Shown: positions 53,837 through 64,000 of the stretch, piece by piece
Layout of the letters: each line of letters starts with the position of its first letter
Numbering within the stretch: position 1 is the stretch's first letter
From: Octopus vulgaris
Lineage: Eukaryota
Assembly: GCA_951406725.2 (NCBI GenBank)
Contig: OX597825.1
Coordinates: 66,278,001 to 66,342,000 of the forward strand
Direction of reading: 5' to 3'
Length of the DNA: 64,000 nucleotides
Made by a program: the position numbers and the translations under genes
Notes under the pieces: model-generated
The model's database searches: none
Seen by the model: the letters and a program-made list of their open reading frames with translations, nothing else
What the model was told of the DNA's origin: nothing

Positions 53837-55560
53837 TAGATAGATAGATAGATGTATGTATATATTTCAAGTGATAGCTTGTCCAAAATTTCACTATAAT
53901 TTTACACAAAGATTGTAGAGATGGCCAAGACAGTAGAATGCTTGATTAAAACACTTTACTGTATCACTTATGGTACTCAGATAAAAGTTCACTCTGCTAG
54001 TGTTAATTGTACAAGTTTTAGTAAGAGATTCATCAATTCAATTTGACTATTGTTATACCTCAACTTCCTGAAATTGACCCAGTGCCTAGGGCAAAGTAGT
54101 GAATATTAATTAAATATATTTGTGACTAGTTTTGAATCGTATGCTTAACCTAGGAGAGCTAAATGCAATTCTCAGTTCACGCGTGTTACACACATGTAAG
54201 CCATGCACACTGACACAAATGCACCCATGTACACTGTATCTGTTTAGCAAAGCCGTTGTTAAATACGGTAATGACTGATCAATGTAATAATGTTCAGTAC
54301 TAGCTAGTCTATGTTTAACGATGTAATTAATTAATTAATTAGCTTTCAGATCATCAATTTATTCAATGCTGTTATATTTATGTTTAGTCTATTCGTATAT
54401 TGACTTGTTTTTATTTTTGAATTTTTGTTAGACTATTTCTTAAATACCAGCATACTGAGCTGGCAGGAGAAGTGTGGGATTAAGTTTTGATTTTTCTTTG
54501 GTTTGTAGTAAAGAGGTAAAAACAGAGAAAGAAAAAAAAATTCTAGAAACTGAAACTTTAAAAACATTGCTTGTCCATTGTGAAATTTGAATACCAAAGA
54601 AGACTAATAACTTCCTATTATCGTTTCAATTCCTACAAATTCAGTTTTGCATTGGCTCTGAACAGAACAGTTTGTTTTGTAGTGGAGCTTGCTCTATAGT
54701 CCAGGAGAATAGCCCTTCTTCTCCAAGTGCTTTTAATATAACTGGCAGCTAAGTCTCTTTGGCTATGGAAACATGGTATGGATTATTATTACAATAACTT
54801 GCAAGACGACAAATTTCAAAGAACAAACTTTAAGAAAAGAAAAAAAAAGCGAACAAAAACCTTGGAAGAAATAAAGAAAACCTGAAAAAGAACAAAATAA
54901 AAATCCTAACCCCCTCCACAAATATTGAAAAAAAAAAAGCAAAAAACTCCCCAAAGATTGTTTCATGAACGTCTTCAGATTTCTTAGTGGTTAACTCTAA
55001 ATTTATTTTGATTTAAGAAAATGTGTTTGTATTTTTGTGTATTTTTTAGAAGTAAAAGTAGTTTTTCTTTTTTTGTAGATAGTGACTTTGTTTAAGTTGT
55101 CCAACAAATCTAGATATTTCAGTTGTTGTTTATAGCAAAGCAATTCAATAGAATACTCTGGAAAAACAAAAGGTTAATAACATTAAAAGTAACAAAAAAT
55201 AATTAAAAAAATATTTTTTTTAAATCTAAAAGTCATGGTTAAATTAAATTTTATGTATCATATATATATATATGTGTATGTATATATGCATGTATGTTTG
55301 TATATATGTATATATATACATATTTATAATATATATATGTGCATGTGTATATGTATATATATATGTATGTATAGGTGTATGTATGTATATGTGTGTATGT
55401 ATATGTGTGTGTGTGTATGTATGTCTAGATGTTTGTGTGTGTTGTTAAGCCAAGTGTATTCCTTTCACTGTGCCAGAGAACCTCTTGCACTGTGCACTAT
55501 TGATAGATTTAAATAAAGCATAAAATCTCCAATACTATCTTTATATATATATGTATATAT

Positions 55561-55692
55561 ATAGATAAGTTTAAGAGACAGAATCACCCTCAAGCAAATC
55601 AATATTTAGTCCTATATGTACTTATCGTGGATAATGTCGTTCAATGGTGATTGAGCTGCTTCAGGGTGATTCTGTCTCTTAAACCTATCTAT
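55561..55692. repeat. Foldback/MITE-like element with ~35-bp TIRs inside a (TA)n run
   Basis: TAGATAAGTTTAAGAGACAGAATCACCCTCAAGCA versus TGCTTCAGGGTGATTCTGTCTCTTAAACCTATCTA (2 mismatches). Confidence 0.8.
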
Positions 55693-57104
55693 ATATATAT
55701 ATGGATATAATACAGTGAGTAATTCATTTTAGTACTACTAAATCGAACTTCTCTCTCCTGTGGACTCAGAAATAAGTTCCCTAATTTTAATATATATATA
55801 TGTATGCACACACATCCATATAAACTCTACAAAGAAACTGATGCCTGTGTTACATTGCTACATATCTAAAATGCATATTTTTTTATCATCATACAAGCAC
55901 AGCGATCTTAGAATATTTTGTAGAACTATTCGAAGTATGAAAGTTTAAATAATCTGTGAAAATGTTTTGAGCTTTGGCCAAGCCAGCTTGTGTTTTCTAG
56001 GCAAGCATCAACAATGTTACCAATGGTTTCATGTGGTAAGAGTTTCTACAATTTTCATGTGACCCTCTTAAAAATGCTGGTAATTGCCTTCATATTTAAG
56101 TGGATTGCTTGAAAATTGTGGAAATTCATTCTGCATGAAACCATTGTTAGTATTGTTTGTCTACAAATAAAGAACAGTTATTTATCAAATGCAGTGTGTT
56201 CAATATATAGTAAATATCTACACACACACTCATATCTAGTTACACACACTTTGAATTTAATATGCTCAGTAGAGAGGTGAAGGTATATCTATCATTAAAA
56301 AATCCTACTCTAGTGTCACCCTTGGCTGATCATGACTTGGGTAGACATGTGTTCTGTATATATACATATATATATGTGTGTGTGTTTGCGTGTATATTTA
56401 TGGAAAAATATAGCTTCACACCCTTGTTACCATACTTCTACTGATGTACATTGTTTTTATTTCGCTTAATTTTTAAAATAATGAATTTAGTAAAATAACT
56501 AATGTCTGATATTTGGAACATAAATTAACATGAAATTTTAAATTTTAATTTTAATTACTTTAAAACAGTTATGTGTCATAGAATTAGTGGTGGTCTCAGC
56601 TGGGTTGTTAATAAACTGGTTAATTTCAATGGTATGGTCAGTTTAGTAGATCACAAGCTATAAGGTTTAAAATTTTAGCCTTGCTACTTCTTTCTGTGTT
56701 AGCCTGTGTAGACCCACTACCCTCAGTAATTGATGTATATTAATCCTTACTAGCATCATCTATTTTGGTGTTTATAAATGAATTAATATGTCCAATTCTA
56801 GTTTCATGGTTGAAGAAAAGGCGTTGAAGGTGTAGAAACAAACAACATTTTCTCCAACAATATAAAAATGTACAAATGACAAAGCAAAAAAATAAATAAA
56901 AATAATCAACCGTCTAACCAAAATATTTATGAATAAGAATTTTAGGATTATTTTTATTTTTATGCTTGTGAATGGTCATATTTTGTCTATTAAATACATA
57001 CCTTAGATAGTAGGTCTTAAATAAGCTTAATTATTATTATTATTTTTATTATTTTAGTTTCTTTGTCAGGATGTGTGATGAAAGAGCTTTGACAAAGAAA
57101 CTAA

Positions 57105-57418
57105 AATAATAATAATAATTAATTCGTTTATTCGCCACAAGGGCTTACATAAAATTACATTAAAACATACAACATAAAAGACAAAAACAGGACGATACAA
57201 TGGGTTTTACAATGTGTAAACAATATAATAACAATTGAAATCAAGCAATTTAAAACTCCCAATAGGGGAGGTGCATTAAGGACCTCGTGAAAAACCCCAC
57301 AAAAGTCATGGGTGCCTGAACAAGGCAAGAGCCCTTCTTTTGTTTACAGATGCACGCTCAGCATTGGTCCTTTCACACTGGCCATTCTTCCGACATTCAC
57401 TCACTTTTCAACATTAAT
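57105..57418 (-). mobile_element. L1/Tx1-like LINE 3' end
   Basis: Minus-strand ORF-end remnant VNVGRMASVKGPMLSVHL*, T-rich 3'UTR, then GCCCTTGTGGCGAATAAACGAA and a (TTA)n tail. Clade assignment is tentative. Confidence 0.5.
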
Positions 57419-57424
57419 GTTTGT

Positions 57425-57720
57425 TCCTTCTTGAGTCACGCTGGGCTCATAGGGCCAGTTTCTCGGTTTCCTTGGCATATAGGTTCCCCACCTGGACAGG
57501 ACGTCGGTCCGTCACAGGTGAGCTGCAAGATGCAGGAGGAAAGAGTGAGAGAAAGTTGTGGTGAAAGAGTCAGCAGAAGTTCGCCATTACCTTCTGCTGG
57601 AGCCACGTGGAGCTTAGGTATTTTGCTCATAAACACACACATCACCCTGTCTGAGATTCGAACCCACGATCCCTCGACCGCAAGTCGGCTGCTCTAACCA
57701 CTAGGCCATGAGCCTCCACT
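57425..57720 (-). mobile_element. SINE family C-related
   Basis: Head GGAGGCTCATGGCCTAGTGGTTAGAGC...GGTTCGAATCTC; tail similar to the 22862 copy. Confidence 0.85.
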
Positions 57721-58768
57721 TCAACAATAATAATAATAATAAAGCTGAAGTGAAGACTATATAGTGCATGGGTTTTGGCAAGATATAGCCATGCCCAAGT
57801 ATAACAGTATCTGTTTGAACAAACGATTTCACCTCAGGAATCTTGCAAAATAAAATATATCATCATCGTTTAACGTCTGCTTTCCATGCTAGCATGGGTT
57901 GGACGATTTGACTGAGGGCTGGCGAACCAGTTGGCTGCACCAGGCTCCAATCTTGATGTGGCAGAGTTTTTACTGCTGGATGCCCTTCCTAACGCCAACC
58001 ACTCCGAGAGTGTAGTGGGTGCTTTTACGTGCCACCGGCACGGGCAATACAGAAGACGTAATTTTAGGTCTATCTATAGAAATCAAGAATATATAGTTTA
58101 TAGAGATTAAGAGGTTAATGGATTAATAATGATATTTAACTGTTGTTTCAAGGTTAAAGTTCTATGTGGTATTATTTAGTTTTACAGGCAAATACTAGGG
58201 TTAATATAATTGATTGATCTCCATCTCTGTTCAAAATTGCAAGCCTTGTTCCGAAGATTGGAAATATAATTTAGCGTTGCAATGAATGATGTATTAATTA
58301 AATCCATAAATATACATATAAATAAATATATACATATATAGATAAATATATTTAATAAACATACATACATGTGTGTGTGTGTAGTGGGGTTTGGTAGAAA
58401 AATAGGATAAATACAAATCAGTGTATGAATGTATGTATATTATAATATTATATCATATTTTAAATATATATATTTGTGTGTGTGGGTATGTAGGTAGGTA
58501 GGTAGGTAGAAAGTGTCTGGAGTGGTGTACATAATTTATCCATTAATAAACGAAGAAAGTAGTCAAAAGTTGAAAAAATACCGAGTATTCCTTCTGATCT
58601 TTTAGTGTTTATGATCAAAGGATTTTTAAAGATTATCAAAGCACACACACACACACACACACAGAGGTTATGCGTATGTGTACGTATACATTGCAAAGTT
58701 TCTTATATCAGAAACAGCTGTTTGCTAATGAAAGTGAATACACAACTCCTGTTCCTTTGTCATATATG

Positions 58769-58800
<32 letters not shown>

Positions 58801-58802
<2 letters not shown>

Positions 58803-59127
58803 AGGATGCATGGCTTAGTGGTTAGGGCATTCGGCTCATGATCGTAACGTCGTGAGTTCAATTCCTGGCAATGCATAATGTCCTTGAGCAAGACACTTTA
58901 TTTCACATTGCTCCAGTCCATTCAGCTTGCAAGAATAAGTAGTACCTGTATTTCAAAAAAGGGCCAGCCATGTCACACTCTGTGTCATGCTGAATCTCCC
59001 TGAGAACTATGTTAAGGGTACAAGTGTCTGCGGAATGCTCAGCCACTTGCAACTTAATTTCACGAGCAAGCTGTTCCGTTGATCGTATCACCTGGGACCC
59101 TCGTCGTCGTAACTGACAGAGTGCTCC
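58801..59127 (+). mobile_element. SINE family D
   Basis: A box TGGCTTAGTGG, B box GTTCAATTCC; collinear body. Confidence 0.87.
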
Positions 59128-59591
59128 TATGATATATATATATATGTATATATTGAAATTTAAAGGCAGTGCTTCAGCATGGCTGCAGTCAAATGACTGA
59201 AACAAATTAAAGAATATATATAATATAGGAACAAATATACAAAGACAGCCTCTAACATTGAATTCAATGTATGAGTTATTCAATCAGTTGGATGACCTAC
59301 TGAATGAATTACCTTGTAAACATGCTGACCATTCTATAGGTGTGAGCACATTGTACAGGCCAGATCAACATTGCTGGGTTTTACCATTGCTAGTACAATT
59401 AATCTGATGAGATTCATTACAGTTTCCACCTACTCAAAACTCATTCCCAAGACTTGGATTGATCTGAAACTATATAAAAGACAGTTGACTTAGTTAATAG
59501 ACAATGTTGGATCGAACTTGTGTTCCTGGGTTGCAAAACAGGGTTTTTAGTCAATTACCCATGACTTCATACTATTGAATAGCTATAATAG

Positions 59592-59630
<39 letters not shown>

Positions 59631-59726
59631 CAAATAAGAAAATGGAGAAGCACATTAGTTGGTTCATCAGCTTTAGTATATTAAAATGTCGACTTATTTA
59701 TTTATCAAAACGACAACCATAATAAC

Positions 59727-59784
<58 letters not shown>

Positions 59785-60411
59785 GTATGTATGACCTGGA
59801 TTGTTTATTCTTTGTTTAGTAAGCTAACTTACCATAACGCAATTCCACCTCCACAGTTTGAAGATCTATATGGCCTTTGCCATTAGAGTCTAGCAGGTCG
59901 TGCATAGAGTGAAGCATGTTATGGATGCAAAACCATTGATCACTCTATGACAGGACATATAGTTAACTGCATATATATTATAATATATAATCCGGGTAAA
60001 AACATCATAGCATGCAATTTAAAAGCTCCTATACTGTTATTGCCATCTTAAAGCAGGATATTTTCCAAGGCTGGATAAATATGTGGAACTCCAGAATGTG
60101 TTGGACCAATTCTCCATCAATTAATGTGTTGCTTGGAATCTTCTGAATTGATTGGTGCAGTTGAATAGATGTGTTTCTGAAGAAGCTCAAATAAATCCCA
60201 TGGTGCTTAACCACATTCCACCTGAGGAAGCACCAACCCAGAGCTGATAGTGAATCATAGCTCTTTATTACATTGTTATTCTAAAGAATATGCTTATATA
60301 ATGATATATAAATGTAAACTCAGCTACTTGAAGATGGTGTCTGGTGCAGAAACAAATGTTGTAATTTGCCATTTAAACCTGCTATTTCCATCTTCACATT
60401 ATTAGATGGTC

Positions 60412-60447
<36 letters not shown>

Positions 60448-60798
60448 TTGTGTGTACATATCCATATGTACACACACACACGTGTATATATATATATATA
60501 TATATATTATATAATAATAATAATAATAATAATATTAGGGAGTAAATCCAAACTTACAGGGAAAAATTAGATTTAGGATTAAATCCAATTTCACAGTATT
60601 AATATAAATTAAATTAGAGATAAAGCCACTATTAGGCAAATCAAAGAAGGAAAAACATAAAAATAAACATAATTAATATAATATACAAAATATATAAAAT
60701 ATAAAATTTAAATTATTTAAATTTAAAATTAAAATAAAAAAAAATATATATAACTATCAAAAAGTATTAAAAAGTTTAATATAAGATAATAAGTAAAA

Positions 60799-60833
<35 letters not shown>

Positions 60834-61764
60834 CATACATATATATACACGTACATAGTTATATGTATGCATACACACACACATATACAAACATATGTAA
60901 TAATGATATAACATCTCACTTTCAGTCGCTATTAACACTCAATTCTATTTTAAGAGTTTTGTATTTATTTAGACTACTAATTATTATTGCTTAAGCAATT
61001 GACAAACCATTTATTTAGTTGTAATGATCTACTTAGAATTTTAGGAATAAAAAAAGAATTGAATAGCAAAATTAATAGACCTTCTGTTTGAAATTCAATT
61101 GAATTTATGGAAAATACTTAGATAAGCTGGATTCAGTTCATAAATTTATAGGCTTACAGTATTTAGAGTGCATTACAGTTTGAGAAACCCAATACATATA
61201 CATCCATATATATATAACATTTTTTTCATAATGAGATTAAAGCCAAGGCTGAGTAGATTTTAGAACATTTATAGATAGAAGGTCTTACAGCTGTTTCCAG
61301 GATATTTATTATGTCCCTTTATTTGAGACGGTGTGGGAGGATGGTTATGTTATAGTTAATTTAGATAAGATACAAAATATATATATGTATTTATATATAT
61401 AAACTCACAAACATAGATTATAATTATACCTGCATCGATATGTAGATGTTGTATACATGTTTCATTTTAATATTGGTGAGGTGAGACGTAGTAAAATAAT
61501 AAGACATAGTAAAATAATAATAATGTTCACTTCTGTTATTGTTCATTAGAAATATTTAGCGTCCAATCATAGAGCAATTCTGAGTCTTATATATTTTAAT
61601 TAAATTGCTTACCTTACCATTAGATTCTGTCATGTATATTTGTACATATACTCGCACACCTGTACATGTGTGTGTGTGTGTGTGTGCGCGTGTGTGTTTG
61701 TGTGTGTCTGTGAGGTGATATTAAAAAGTTCCTGGACAAGTTATGGTTTAAAAAAAAAGTAACA

Positions 61765-61808
<44 letters not shown>

Positions 61809-61877
61809 CATATATATATACATATATATATACATATATATATATATACATATATATATACATATATATATATATAC

Positions 61878-61980
<103 letters not shown>

Positions 61981-62305
61981 CATATATATATATATATATA
62001 TAAATACATATATATATATACATACATACACACATAATATATATATATATATATTTATATATTTATATATGTATTATATGTATTGCATGGGGTGGTCAAA
62101 GAAGCTATGTTTGGCTCCTTAGAATAAAGGACTCAAGGATAAGGGTGGGTGGCGGAGTAAGTATTCAAACGCTAATTGTTAGTCTGACAATATATACTTC
62201 GATTAATGATTTTGTATGTGTTTGTGTGCATGTATCTGCGTGTATGGACATGTATGTGTATATAATGTACATACATATATGTACATATACTTACATACAT
62301 ACATG

Positions 62306-62360
<55 letters not shown>

Positions 62361-62466
62361 ATGGTATGCATATGCAGGGATGTATAAATGTGTGTGGGCA
62401 TGTATGTGTGTATGTATATGTATATATATGTCTGTGTTCCCTTCCTTGGATTTTTCCTTTTTCTAT

Positions 62467-62501
62467 GTTTCTGATGAAGAGCTCCGCTTGAAACGTTAAA
62501 T
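62467..62501 (+). ncRNA. Minimal type-I hammerhead ribozyme-like motif (Penelope-like remnant)
   Basis: GTTT-CTGATGA-A-GAGC-tcc-GCTT-GAAA-CG-TT-AAAT: conserved core, 4-bp stem II, palindromic ACGT stem III. Confidence 0.6.
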
Positions 62502-62596
62502 CCTCTTTCCTTCTTTCCTTTCCTGAGCGTCCAATAACACTATACTTGTTCCACGTCCTCGCGTTGTGTTTTCTCCTTGTGTTTTCATGTTTGGAT

Positions 62597-62631
<35 letters not shown>

Positions 62632-62678
62632 ATGTCTTTATGTATGTTTATTTGTGCATATATGTATATATATGTATG

Positions 62679-62728
<50 letters not shown>

Positions 62729-62797
62729 TATATATAAATAGTATGTGTATATGCATACATAGATACATACATACATACATATATATATACGTATATA

Positions 62798-62828
<31 letters not shown>

Positions 62829-63336
62829 CCATGGCTTTATGTATGTTTATTTGTGCATATATATGTATGTATGTATGTGTATATATATATATATATGAAT
62901 ATATATAAATAGTATGTGTATATGCATACATAGATACATACATAGATATATATATATATATATATATATACCTACATACACTGATACACACACACATCTG
63001 TTTGTGTGTGTGCATAATTTAATCACCAGCGATAATTGTGTTTTAGCATAAACATTTAGCAATTTCAGCTTCCAAAAACGAACTTTGAATAGTATTGTCT
63101 ACATATCTGCCATGTTCATTTTAAAGAAATAGAGAAATTAAGTACAGGCACCATCAATTGTATCCTCCAAGCCTCTTCTGCAACTGAATTCTTTTAATTA
63201 TAACAATTTTGGATTGCATTTAGTATTGATTGGTCATTCGAGCTATCTGTTGTACCAACGTAGTTTTATATATTCCCTGCTGCCTTCTATACTATTTTTA
63301 ATACATAGATACATACATATATTATATATATACATG

Positions 63337-63388
<52 letters not shown>

Positions 63389-63483
63389 TGTACTTACATA
63401 TATAGGTATGTATTTTGTTTGAAAAGTTTCTTAAAGTATAATGTTATAGTTTACATTTGTGCATTATTATATAGATATACACA

Positions 63484-63549
<66 letters not shown>

Positions 63550-63883
63550 CATATATATATATATATTATATCATCATCATCATCATCACGGACGTTAAAC
63601 GATGATGATGATGATGATGATATAATATATACATACACATACATATATATATACTATATATATTATATATAATATATGCACATATATATATATATCTACA
63701 TATATGTGTGTGTGTGTGTGTGTATATGTATATATATTCAGACACACAGACAAATACACAGACTTGTACATCATTATCAGACTAATGATTTGATCTAATA
63801 AAAGATTGTATACACACACACACACATAAATACATACATTCACTCCCATATACATATATGCACATGTACACATGTATAGTATA

Positions 63884-63918
<35 letters not shown>

Positions 63919-64000
63919 TATATATGTATGTATATTTATATATATATATATATATATATAAAGTATATATGTATTTATAGTATATATATATATATATCTT

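Noticed and set aside
54683-54775. AG...GT-bounded exon-like island
   Set aside because: Stops in all three frames; no support as coding, and non-coding use cannot be judged from sequence.

Overview
AT-rich, microsatellite- and SINE-dense eukaryotic genomic DNA. The repeat families suggest a coleoid cephalopod, most likely Octopus (inference). The only host gene I can support is the 3' part of an FBXO33-like F-box/LRR gene on the + strand: three phase-consistent coding exons (18594-19282, 29596-29756, 30462-30608), with the N-terminal F-box exon(s) apparently upstream of the window. The rest is intron, probable long 3'UTR or downstream DNA. It contains a full-length dead Hsmar1-like mariner, piggyBac/hAT/Tigger MITEs, RTE, CR1-like and L1/Tx1-like LINE remnants, four tRNA-derived SINE families and Penelope-like remnants with minimal hammerhead-ribozyme motifs. 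Most notable: a 71-bp near-perfect hairpin with one A:C mismatch about 110 nt after a coding exon (candidate ADAR substrate), dispersed hammerhead motifs, a head-to-tail SINE array at 48-52 kb, and a strong CpG-decay signature in the mariner. I found no clear evidence of a wholly new multi-gene system. Nearly all ORFs in the supplied track are repeat artefacts.
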